Shown: in pieces, positions 30,470-39,559 of the stretch
Layout of the letters: the number at the start of each line of letters is the position of its first letter
Position numbering within the stretch: position 1 is the stretch's first letter
NCBI GenBank assembly: GCA_947469885.1
Contig: CANIQT010000014.1
Coordinates: 44,305 to 108,304 of the forward strand
Direction: 5' to 3'
Length of the DNA stretch: 64,000 nucleotides
Source of the DNA: Bacteroidota bacterium
GTDB taxonomy: Bacteria; Bacteroidota; Bacteroidia; 2-12-FULL-35-15
Program-made: the position numbers and the translations under genes
The notes under the pieces: generated by a model
Databases searched by the model: none
What the model was told of the DNA's origin: nothing
Seen by the model: only the letters and a program-made list of their open reading frames with translations

Positions 30470-33052
30470 ATGTCAATCCTCCACACACCTTCAAAAAAAG
30501 ACTATTCAAAGGTTACTTCTTATACCTATAATGAAGTGTTCGAAAAATGTTTGATTTATTTTCAGGGCGATGAACTGGCGGCATCCACATGGATAAATAA
30601 ATATGCAATGAAAAATAAGGAAGGAAAATATTTGGAACTCACTCCTGAAGACATGCACATTCGTATGGCAAAACAATTTGCCCGGAAAGAAAATGAGTAT
30701 AAGGAAAAAACGTATCTCAACGGGAGTTTAAAACTATTGTCTGATTACGGGCAGGAACGCACTCTGTTAAGTGAAGATAAAATACTTAACTACTTTCGAA
30801 ATTTTAAATATATCATTCCCCAAGGCAGTGTAATGTCTGCTTTGGGCAATCCTTTTATTATCGCATCTCTTTCTAATTGTATTGTATTACCTGAAATATA
30901 CGATTCCTATGGAGGAATATTTTACACCGATCAGCAAATGGCACAGTTGTTCAAAAGGCGGTGTGGAGTGGGGGTAGATATTTCTACGCTTCGTCCTGCA
31001 GGGAGTGATGTTTCCAATTCTGCCGGAACTACAACAGGTGCAGTGTCGTTCATGGAACGGTTTTCGAACACTACACGCGAAGTAGCACAAAACGGCAGAC
31101 GGGGTGCATTGATGATCACCATTGATATTGCTCACCCCGACATTGATAAGTTTATTACCATAAAACAAGATTTATCTAAAATAACAGGAGCTAATATTTC
31201 TGTGCGTTTGTCCGATGAGTTTATGAATGCGGTGAAAAACGATACAGATTATATGTTGCGTTTCCCAATTGATTCCCCTGCTCCAGAGTATTCAAAAACA
31301 TTAAAGGCACGCGATTTATGGAACACTATTATTAAGTGCGCCCACAACACTGCCGAGCCCGGATTAATTTTTTGGGACCGTCAGCATCATTATTCCACAT
31401 CCTCTGTTTACCCCGGTTTTAAAAATGTTTCCACCAATCCTTGTTCCGAAATAGCTATGCAGGGAGGGGACAGTTGTCGCTTAATTGCACTCAATCTTTT
31501 TAATTTTATTGATAAACCATTTACCAATGAAGCAACATTTGATTACAAAAAATTCTCTGAAACAACTTATGAAGCACAACGGCTGATGGATGATTTAGTA
31601 GATTTAGAACTTGAACATATAGAACGAATTATTTCGAAAATAAAATCAGATCCCGAGCCTGACTTTATTAAACAAGTAGAAAACGAAACATGGAAATTAC
31701 TTTACGATGCAGGGAAAAAAGGAAGAAGAACAGGACTAGGATTTACAGCATTGGCAGATGCCATGGCAGGTTTAGGTTTTAAGTTTGATTCGCCCGAAGC
31801 TCTTGCCGAAGTCGAAAAAATAATGAAAACAAAATGCGAAGCAGAATTCAACAGTTCGATTGATATGGCTATCGAGCGCGGAAAGTTTGAAGCATTTAAT
31901 CCTGAGATTGAAAATATCTCGGAGTTTATTCAGATGATGAAAATAGAATTCCCGGATGTATATAATAGAATGATGAAACACGGAAGAAGAAATATTTCAC
32001 TCAGCACAGTGGCACCTACAGGCACATTGAGTATGCTTGCACAGTCTTCTTCGGGAATAGAACCTGTGTTTTTACTTTCTTATAAAAGAAGAAAAAAAAT
32101 AAATCCTTTAGATAAAAATGTGCGTGTTGATTTTACCGATGCAAGTGGTGATTCGTGGCAGGAGTTTGAAGTATATCATCATAAATTAAAACGCTGGATG
32201 GAATTAACCGGAGAAAATAATAGTACTAAAAGCCCGTACAACGGCTCCACAGCAACCGAGATAGACTGGCTGAAACGAATAGAGTTACAATCCATTGTTC
32301 AGAAATATACCACACACTCCATCAGTTCTACCATCAATTTGCCAAACAATGTGAGTTTGGAGAAAGTTGGAGAAATATATTTGCAGGCTTGGGAGCAAGG
32401 ATTAAAAGGCATTACGGTGTATCGCGATGGTTCTCGTTCCGGAGTTTTAATTTCATCGAATGAGGAAAAGAAGCAAATCAAAACAAATGAAATTATTGAA
32501 TCGGTTGCTCCCAAACGCCCAGAAAAGCTTGAGGCTGAAATTATCCGCTTTATGAATCACGATGAAAAATGGATTGCATTTGTTGGAGTGCTGAACGGAA
32601 AGCCTTACGAAATATTTACAGGTAAATCAGAGGACTCCTTTGTAATTCCTTCGTGGGTGAATACAGGATGGATTATCAAAAACATTTCGAAAGATGATTT
32701 TCAAAAACGATATGATTTTCAGTACCTCGATAGAGATGGATACAAAGTTACAATAGAAGGACTTTCCCGCTCGTTTGATAAAGAGTACTGGAATTATGCA
32801 AAATTAATTTCAGGTGTGTTGCGTCATGGAATGCCTATTACTAGCGTTGTTGATTTAGTTGAAAATCTCAATCTATATAACGACAGAATAAATAATTGGA
32901 AAAATGGAGTCGGGCGATCGTTAAAAAAATTCATTCCTGATGGAACACAGGCGAAGGATAAAACATGCAGCAATTGTGGAGATGCAGATGGATTAATATA
33001 TGAAGAAGGTTGTTTGAAATGCAAGAGTTGCGGACACTCGAAATGCGGTTGA
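30470..33052 (+). CDS. nrdJ: Adenosylcobalamin-dependent ribonucleoside-diphosphate reductase (class II RNR, NrdJ)
   Basis: About 860 aa from the MSILHTP start (the ORF opens at 30401, but the Met at 30470 is more plausible). RNR barrel motifs and a C-terminal Zn-ribbon tail CSNCGDADG...CLKCKSCGH typical of class II. Confidence 0.88.
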   Translation: MSILHTPSKKDYSKVTSYTYNEVFEKCLIYFQGDELAASTWINKYAMKNKEGKYLELTPEDMHIRMAKQFARKENEYKEKTYLNGSLKLLSDYGQERTLLSEDKILNYFRNFKYIIPQGSVMSALGNPFIIASLSNCIVLPEIYDSYGGIFYTDQQMAQLFKRRCGVGVDISTLRPAGSDVSNSAGTTTGAVSFMERFSNTTREVAQNGRRGALMITIDIAHPDIDKFITIKQDLSKITGANISVRLSDEFMNAVKNDTDYMLRFPIDSPAPEYSKTLKARDLWNTIIKCAHNTAEPGLIFWDRQHHYSTSSVYPGFKNVSTNPCSEIAMQGGDSCRLIALNLFNFIDKPFTNEATFDYKKFSETTYEAQRLMDDLVDLELEHIERIISKIKSDPEPDFIKQVENETWKLLYDAGKKGRRTGLGFTALADAMAGLGFKFDSPEALAEVEKIMKTKCEAEFNSSIDMAIERGKFEAFNPEIENISEFIQMMKIEFPDVYNRMMKHGRRNISLSTVAPTGTLSMLAQSSSGIEPVFLLSYKRRKKINPLDKNVRVDFTDASGDSWQEFEVYHHKLKRWMELTGENNSTKSPYNGSTATEIDWLKRIELQSIVQKYTTHSISSTINLPNNVSLEKVGEIYLQAWEQGLKGITVYRDGSRSGVLISSNEEKKQIKTNEIIESVAPKRPEKLEAEIIRFMNHDEKWIAFVGVLNGKPYEIFTGKSEDSFVIPSWVNTGWIIKNISKDDFQKRYDFQYLDRDGYKVTIEGLSRSFDKEYWNYAKLISGVLRHGMPITSVVDLVENLNLYNDRINNWKNGVGRSLKKFIPDGTQAKDKTCSNCGDADGLIYEEGCLKCKSCGHSKCG

Positions 33053-33082
33053 TGATAATAAACAATTTAACTCGGCTTAATG

Positions 33083-34885
33083 CTATTCGAAACCGTATTT
33101 AAGTTTTATTTCAGTAATGTCATTTATAGCATTTTTTAATTCATTATTAAAGGCTTCCCAGTTAAGAATTAAGCCTTCTTTCAGATTTTGATAATAAACA
33201 ACTGCTTCTGAAATATTGTGAATAAAAGATTGATAATAGGTTTTTCCTTTACTGTCTTTTGTATCACCATTTCCCTGTATAAGTTCTTTTTTCAGATACT
33301 TAATATAAATTTTCATTTCAGCAATAAATACATGAGGACGTTGTTTGTTCGTAATTAAATCCTTTCTTCCATAAATGTGGTCCACCATTGTTTTTAAAGA
33401 AACTATCTGGGAAAAATTTGCGATGTTAGGACCGGGACAAATATTTACTGCATTCAGGTTTTTTAAAAATGGTTCATTATATCTGATGGAGGCTGCATTG
33501 CTAAGCCCTACACATAAACATTTTTTTGCAAGAACATCTTCCTTTTGTTTTTTATATTCTTCTTCCGGAAGATGAAGTGTTTTTAATTGTTCGAGTTTCA
33601 ACTTCTGGTACCTGCGAGAAGCAGTGCAAATGGGTTCAGTTGTAAATTCAGTGTTAAAACCCAAATGTTTTTCAGCACAAGGGCTGCCTGGTTTACCATC
33701 TTTTATTCGTTGAATTTTTTCTGCATCGGCTGTAGTTCCCTTTAAATAATAAAATTTAACTCCAAGAGGAGAATTATTGCTAAGTACCACATCTTTTTCG
33801 GTTGCATTTTTCAGGAGATTCAAGGTGTGCTCATCCACCGTAGTTGCTTCAGGAACTAACAAAAAAGGCGTTCCCCAACCAGTACTTGATATATCATAAT
33901 ATTCCAGAAGGAAATTTGCTTCTTCAGCTGTTCCTATTCCACCTTGCGCAGAAACTGCAATTGTAGGATAAAATGTAAAATCGAAACCAAGTTTTTTATT
34001 TATTGCCTGTTTATAAAGTTCAAAAATAGTTTCAGCTAATTCTTTTCTTTTGTTTTTAAATTCTTCAAGTATTGGTCCTAACAAATAACCATCAGTAGCA
34101 AAAGCATGTCCTCCGCAGTTCAATCCTGATTCGATTCGGAACTCAGATACCCATATTCCTTTTTTAGCTAAAAATTTTCCTTGTATCAATGCGGAGCGGT
34201 AATCGCTCACTTTTACAATTACTTTTTTATTGAATTCAAATTTTTCGTTTGGGTCAAAAGCATTAAATTTTTCGAGATACATAAACAATCTTGGATTCAA
34301 TCCTGCTGAAAAAACAATGGAGGAATTTGTTAAATCGCTTTTGAGATAACCACTCAATGCGGCAACAGCATCCGAGCCATCCACTATTGCATTTCCATTT
34401 GCATCACGATTTTCTCTATCGGTTTTCGTCATTATATTTACATCAATACTGCCGACAACAATTTGAGAGCGCAAATAAGTTTGTTTGATTGCTTTTTCAC
34501 TTTCATTGGCACAGTTCACCATTTCGTAATATAAAGTTTTTAACCGACTTTCGTCTGGGAGCATATCAAAATATTTAACAATTTCAGAACCCACTTCAAA
34601 TGATTCCGATTTTAGTTTTTCCATTTGTTGATGAACAATTGTGTTTACCAGATTCAAATAGTCTGTAATTCTTTTTGCTCTGTAATCAGGTTCCTGTCGG
34701 ATTATCGGGACGTAAGGTTTATTGATGAGAGGATAATAATGTTTGCGCATCATCTCCACTAGGCGATCTTCTATTATAGAAACTACTGATGTTATACCAA
34801 AACGTGCTACCTTGATTGGAGAGTCGATAGTATAACATAAACCCATTACAGGGATATGAAAATTGTGTACGTTGGTGTTTTTCAT
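33083..34885 (-). CDS. Hypothetical 600-aa protein with a weak FMN-dependent TIM-barrel (NMO/2-nitropropane dioxygenase-like) signature
   Basis: Long clean ORF. SAQGGIGTAEEA...GWGTPFLLVPEA resembles the GGI...GTRFL phosphate-binding tail of NMO-family enzymes. The remainder is unrecognised. Confidence 0.55.
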   Translation of the reverse strand: MKNTNVHNFHIPVMGLCYTIDSPIKVARFGITSVVSIIEDRLVEMMRKHYYPLINKPYVPIIRQEPDYRAKRITDYLNLVNTIVHQQMEKLKSESFEVGSEIVKYFDMLPDESRLKTLYYEMVNCANESEKAIKQTYLRSQIVVGSIDVNIMTKTDRENRDANGNAIVDGSDAVAALSGYLKSDLTNSSIVFSAGLNPRLFMYLEKFNAFDPNEKFEFNKKVIVKVSDYRSALIQGKFLAKKGIWVSEFRIESGLNCGGHAFATDGYLLGPILEEFKNKRKELAETIFELYKQAINKKLGFDFTFYPTIAVSAQGGIGTAEEANFLLEYYDISSTGWGTPFLLVPEATTVDEHTLNLLKNATEKDVVLSNNSPLGVKFYYLKGTTADAEKIQRIKDGKPGSPCAEKHLGFNTEFTTEPICTASRRYQKLKLEQLKTLHLPEEEYKKQKEDVLAKKCLCVGLSNAASIRYNEPFLKNLNAVNICPGPNIANFSQIVSLKTMVDHIYGRKDLITNKQRPHVFIAEMKIYIKYLKKELIQGNGDTKDSKGKTYYQSFIHNISEAVVYYQNLKEGLILNWEAFNNELKNAINDITEIKLKYGFE

Positions 34886-34937
34886 TTTTTTGATTTTGTT
34901 TAAGATACAAAGTGACTAAAAATAAAGGGAAGGAAAT

Positions 34938-34951
34938 ATGATTCTAATCAC
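34938..34951. promoter_or_regulatory. FNR/DNR-like box aTGATtctaATCAc in the divergent nadA / 600-aa gene promoter region
   Basis: TGAT-N4-ATCA palindrome, 57 nt upstream of the nadA ATG and 59 nt upstream of the 600-aa gene start. Confidence 0.4.
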
Positions 34952-35001
34952 ATAAAAATAATTTTATAAGTATCAATTTTGCATAAATTTTAAAATAAGT
35001 T

Positions 35002-35907
35002 ATGGCTGACAATAGAGATTTATTAAAACAAATTACAAAGCTGAAGAAAGAAAAAAACGCAATAATATTGGTGCATAATTATCAACGGCCTGAAATTTAT
35101 GAAGTAGCTGATTTTATAGGCGATTCGCTCGAGCTTTCTAGAAAAGCTGCCGAAACAGAGGCCCAAACCATTGTATTTTGCGGTGTTTCTTTTATGGCTG
35201 AAACAGCAAAAATATTGAGCCCAAACAAAAATGTTTTGTTGCCAAATTTAGAGGCGGGTTGTTCATTGGCAGATATGATAACTGCCGATCAGGTCAATTC
35301 TCTTAGAGCAAATTTTCCGGAAGCAGCTGTTGTGAGTTATGTGAACACGAATGCAGCTGTTAAAGCAGTTTCTGATATTTGCTGCACATCGGCAAATGCA
35401 GTGAAAATATTGAATTCATTGCCTAACGATGAAATAATTTTTTTGCCTGATAAAAATTTAGGGAGTTATGTTCAATCACATACATTGAAAAAAATTTATG
35501 TGTGGGATGGATATTGCTCTGTTCATCAGGATTTGAAAAAGCAGGATTTAATTTCATTTAAAAAAGAACATCCGCTTGCAAAAATAATTGCACACCCCGA
35601 ATGTAAAAAGGATGTGCTGGAAGTAGCAGATTTTGTTTGCGGTACAGGAGGGATGGCAAAATATGCAGAGAATAATGATAGTTCAGAGTTTATTGTTGTT
35701 ACCGAATGCGGAATGACAAACAAATTGAGGGATGATGTTCCTGAAAAACATTTTTATTCTTTCTGCAATCTTTGTTCGTTTATGAAGGCAACTACTTTGG
35801 AGATGGTTTTGAAATCATTACAGGAAAATAAACACCCCATTTATCTGCCGGAAGAAATAATGAATAAAGCACGAAATTCAATTACCCGAATGTTAGCATT
35901 AGCCTGA
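35002..35907 (+). CDS. nadA: Quinolinate synthase NadA
   Basis: 301 aa. ILVHNYQRPEI and FCGVSFMAETAKIL motifs and conserved Cys ligands. Confidence 0.93.
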   Translation: MADNRDLLKQITKLKKEKNAIILVHNYQRPEIYEVADFIGDSLELSRKAAETEAQTIVFCGVSFMAETAKILSPNKNVLLPNLEAGCSLADMITADQVNSLRANFPEAAVVSYVNTNAAVKAVSDICCTSANAVKILNSLPNDEIIFLPDKNLGSYVQSHTLKKIYVWDGYCSVHQDLKKQDLISFKKEHPLAKIIAHPECKKDVLEVADFVCGTGGMAKYAENNDSSEFIVVTECGMTNKLRDDVPEKHFYSFCNLCSFMKATTLEMVLKSLQENKHPIYLPEEIMNKARNSITRMLALA

Positions 35908-35914
35908 TTAATTT

Positions 35915-36703
35915 ATGAAAGTAGCAATAATAGGATGTGGAAATATTGGTTTCGAAATTGCAACCTTTATTAATAATTGTTCTGATTTTGAACTACATTC
36001 TTTAACCGATATTAATTTAGATAATATCGAGAAAATCACGAACAAACTCTCCCGGAAAATAAAAATAAGTAATCTGGAAACAGCTATAGTCGAATCCGAT
36101 TTGATTATAGAAGCTTCCAATAAAGAAGTGGTGAAAGAAATTCTTTTAGACAAAAATATTGATAGCAAAAATAAAAAACTGCTGGTAATGAGTACAGGCG
36201 GACTGATTGAGAATACAGGGCTATTATATAGAATAAAAAAGTGCAAAATTCATGTGCCTTCGGGTGCTATTGCCGGATTAGATGCCATCAGGGCAGTTGC
36301 AGGTCAAATTACTTTTCTCAGGTTGGTTACTACCAAGCCTCCGGAATCTTTATCCGGCTCACCTTACATTAATGCCAATTGTATAAAACTGGAATCGCTG
36401 AAAACGAAAACAACTATTTTTAAAGGAGAATTGAAGGAAGCAATTAATGGATTTCCGAAAAACATAAATATTGCAGCAAGTTTATTCCTTGCATCCAAAT
36501 TCGAAGATATCAGTATTGAAATTGTTGCCAATCCCAATACTAGGTTCAATACTCATAAAATTATTTGTAAAGGGAAATTTGGTGAATTGAATTGTAAAAT
36601 AATTAACCGTCCTAGCAGCAATCCTAAAACAAGTTACCTTGCAATATTGAGTGCTATTGGTGTGTTAAAAAATATGACGACAAACTTAAAGGTTGGATAT
36701 TGA
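35915..36703 (+). CDS. nadX: L-aspartate dehydrogenase NadX
   Basis: 262 aa. Rossmann GxGxIG start plus VPSGAIAGLD, TKPPESL, FPKNINIAAS and NPKTSYLAILSAIGVLKN blocks matching Thermotoga-type NadX. Directly follows nadA. Confidence 0.8.
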   Translation: MKVAIIGCGNIGFEIATFINNCSDFELHSLTDINLDNIEKITNKLSRKIKISNLETAIVESDLIIEASNKEVVKEILLDKNIDSKNKKLLVMSTGGLIENTGLLYRIKKCKIHVPSGAIAGLDAIRAVAGQITFLRLVTTKPPESLSGSPYINANCIKLESLKTKTTIFKGELKEAINGFPKNINIAASLFLASKFEDISIEIVANPNTRFNTHKIICKGKFGELNCKIINRPSSNPKTSYLAILSAIGVLKNMTTNLKVGY

Positions 36704-36841
36704 GATGGGTTGATTCCCTTTCACGTCAAATATACTAAACTGGAATTCAAAGAAAATACCCCAAGGATTCTCGATTAGTTTATTAGAAGGCTCCGATTAC
36801 TTTTGTTTTCCATTATATCCTCAAGTGAATTCTTTTCCTTT

Positions 36842-36855
36842 ATGATTGTTGTCAT
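36842..36855. promoter_or_regulatory. FNR/DNR-like box aTGATtgttGTCAt upstream of the desaturase gene
   Basis: TGAT-N4-GTCA palindrome centred about 44 nt upstream of a TATTTTTG -7 box (36880-36887). Confidence 0.4.
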
Positions 36856-36909
36856 ATAAACTTTATACTTGAATATTTATTTTTGCAACCAGATTTTTAA
36901 TAATTAAAT

Positions 36910-37998
36910 ATGAAAACAATAAAATTTGTATCCACAGATAAACATCAGCAGGCATTTGCTAAGGCAGTGAGAAAAAATGTAAATAACTATTTCAAAGAAA
37001 AAGGACTTTCTACCAAAGGAAATTTAGAATTAGCAATACAAACCTCAGTAATGCTCATCTTATACATTGTTCCTTTTGTTGCTTTTTTCTTTGTTCCTAT
37101 AAATGTATTAACAGGTTTTCTCCTAACAGTAATAATGGGCATAGGATTGGCTGGAATTGGTATGTGCACGATGCACGATGCCGTGCATCATTCTTTTTCC
37201 AATAAAGAATGGGTAAATAAATTATTTGGCGGTACGTTATATTTAATTGGTGCCAATGTTTTCAACTGGGAAATACAACATAATATTTTACATCACACCT
37301 ATACCAATATTGAAGGATACGACCAGGATATTGAATCGCGCGGCCCAATTCGATTATCCGAAAATGCCCCGCTTCGCAAAATACATCGTTATCAATATAT
37401 TCACGCTTTTTTCTTTTATGGTTTAATGACCCTTTCTAAATTGGTTAAGGATTTTACTCAATTAGTTTTTTATAATAAAGAAGGAATTACGCGAAGATTT
37501 AATTTCAATCCAACGTTTGAATATATTAAAATGGTTGTTCTTAAACTTATTTATCTATTTGTTATTATTGGCTTTCCTATTCTATTCACAAATTTTAGAT
37601 GGTGGCAGGTGATTTTAGGTTTTCTAATAATGCATTGGACTGCGGGGCTTATTTTGAGCATAATATTCCAGATGGCGCATGTGGTGGAAGGGGCAGAAGA
37701 GCCTATGCCGGATGTTGATGGTGTAATAAATAACGAATGGGCTGTTCACCAGCTTCATACTACATCCGACTTTGCAAGAAACAATCATTTTCTGAACTGG
37801 TATGTGGGGGGATTAAATTTTCAGATTGAACATCATTTGTTTCCAAACATTTCTCATGTTCATTATCAAAAAATAGCACCAATAGTAGAAAAGACTGCGA
37901 AGGAATTTGGTTTTAATTATAATCTGAAACCATCTTTCGTCAGCGCGCTTTCTTCTCATATTCGAAGATTAAGAATGCTTGGACAGCAACCTGTTTAG
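36910..37998 (+). CDS. Membrane fatty acid desaturase (three His-box, di-iron, O2-dependent)
   Basis: 362 aa. His boxes HDAVHH, HNILHH and QIEHHLFP with intervening TM helices. Confidence 0.85.
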   Translation: MKTIKFVSTDKHQQAFAKAVRKNVNNYFKEKGLSTKGNLELAIQTSVMLILYIVPFVAFFFVPINVLTGFLLTVIMGIGLAGIGMCTMHDAVHHSFSNKEWVNKLFGGTLYLIGANVFNWEIQHNILHHTYTNIEGYDQDIESRGPIRLSENAPLRKIHRYQYIHAFFFYGLMTLSKLVKDFTQLVFYNKEGITRRFNFNPTFEYIKMVVLKLIYLFVIIGFPILFTNFRWWQVILGFLIMHWTAGLILSIIFQMAHVVEGAEEPMPDVDGVINNEWAVHQLHTTSDFARNNHFLNWYVGGLNFQIEHHLFPNISHVHYQKIAPIVEKTAKEFGFNYNLKPSFVSALSSHIRRLRMLGQQPV

Positions 37999-38012
37999 GC
38001 AGTACGCTTTCC

Positions 38013-38189
38013 TTAAGAAAAAATTATAATTAACAATAAGGTCAATCCTAATAAAAAGGAAAACATTATTAATTTTAATCCTCTCTTAAAATCCGATTGC
38101 ATTTTTTTCGCGCGAATAATATATACCATAAAGGCACAGCCCAAGAACCATAACAATCCTAACCATCCATATTCCGAATTTCCACTCAT
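38013..38189 (-). CDS. Possible 58-aa two-TM micro-membrane protein
   Basis: Unlisted short ORF MSGNSEYGWLGLLWFLGCAFMVYIIRAKKMQSDFKRGLKLIMFSFLLGLTLLLIIIFS. I have only composition to go on. Confidence 0.2.
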   Translation of the reverse strand: MSGNSEYGWLGLLWFLGCAFMVYIIRAKKMQSDFKRGLKLIMFSFLLGLTLLLIIIFS

Positions 38190-38457
38190 TGTTTTAATTT
38201 TAAAAATTTATCATTCTCTTTTTTTCATTTTTTTTCTAAAACCTAAAGTATTGTATGTAATTTATTTTTTTGAAAGGTTACCGACCAGTAATTAGTTCAC
38301 CATTTGCTGCGACCTTGGCTTTTTACTGCATTAGCACTTATACTTGCGGCAAAGGGAGTTTATAACGTTGTGATGTTTGTAATCCAATTGGTCGGGAGTT
38401 AATAAAATGAATCAATATATAGTTATACTTCTTACTTATTTGTATTGCAGAAGTTTG

Positions 38458-38776
38458 TACCCGACCGCTTGATATTTCTACCCGACCGCTTGATACTTCT
38501 GCACGACCGCTTGATATGTGTAACCGACCGCTTGATACTTCTGCACGACCGCTTGATATGTGTACCCGACCGTTTGATACTTCTGCCTGACCGCTTGATA
38601 CTTCTACCCGACCGCTTGATACTTCTACCCGACCGCTTGATACATCTACACGACCGCTTGATACTTCTGCACGACTGCTTGATACATCTACACGACCGCT
38701 TGATACTTCTGCACGACCGCTTGATACTTCTGCACGACCGCTTGATATGTGTACCCGACCGCTTGATACTTCTGCG
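38458..38776. repeat. Tandem array of about 15 copies of a 21-bp unit (consensus CCGACCGCTTGATACTTCTGC)
   Basis: Directly visible. Units vary at 3-4 positions. All six frames stay open. The minus strand encodes a heptad (RAEVSSG)n preceded by a signal-peptide-like MLLGVFLVFCLAHA. Confidence 0.9.
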
Positions 38777-38839
38777 TGCGCCAAACAAAAAACAAGGAAT
38801 ACCCCCAAAAGCATTGCTGCTGCTGGTGTTTTTACGAAA

Positions 38840-39556
38840 CGGGTATTTGTCTGCTGTTTATTTCTTTTTGCATTTTCAGTACAACGGTTGGTTCTTTTTT
38901 GCTTGCATGGGTTTACTGGTAGATAAACTCGAGTTTCACAACACAGAGCAAGTTATACAAAGAAATATTCTGGCTCTTTTTTCTTTCCTGTTTTCCTGCC
39001 TATTTTCTTTCCACCCTTTGGATGCACATGCTGTTTGGATTTATATCCTTGTAGTTCTTTCAGCAATTGCTCAGGTGGTTGCCTAGTTCTTACTCACCAA
39101 AGCCATGTTTCATCATCTCGACTCTCTCAACAGAGCAATTTCTACTGCCGCAAAATTTTTATTTGCATTGTCAGCATTTGCTTTGTCATTAAAATTTTTG
39201 TTACAATTGGGTTCAACATATCCTCCTTTAAGTACCCTTGCTTTTGGCTTTCGCCCAATTGTAATTGCATATCTGCATTTAGTTTTGCTTGGAGTGATTA
39301 CCATTTTTATTATTGGATACATTGTCGCCAATCATTTGTGGTGATGAATATAAAATCAATAATAGGTATTTGCACTTTTGTTTTCGGAATTGTTGCAAAC
39401 GAAATACTACTAATGGCTCAGGGGGTAGCAGGTTTAAAATACGAAAGTATCCCTTATGCAAACGAGATGCTTTTAATTGCTGCATTAAGAATGTTTATTG
39501 GTATTTTGCTTTTTGTTTTGGGACAGTTACAAAGAATCCAGAAAACAACTGATTAA
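38840..39556 (+). pseudogene. Frameshifted partial duplicate (C-terminal ~240 aa) of the NnrS-like gene at 24891-26126
   Basis: Three different plus frames give YFFLHFQYNGWFFFACMGLLVDKLE, LSAFALSLKFLLQLGSTYPPLSTLAFGFRPIVIAYLHLVLLG and NEILLMAQGVAGLKYESIPYANEMLLIAA. Each is about 75-85% identical to consecutive segments of the intact gene. Confidence 0.8.
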
Positions 39557-39559
39557 CTA

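Noticed and set aside
38445-39086. 213-aa plus-strand ORF (PDRLILL repeats then membrane segment)
   Set aside because: Artefact of translating the 21-bp array in-frame into the first fragment of the frameshifted NnrS-like pseudogene. Not a plausible gene.
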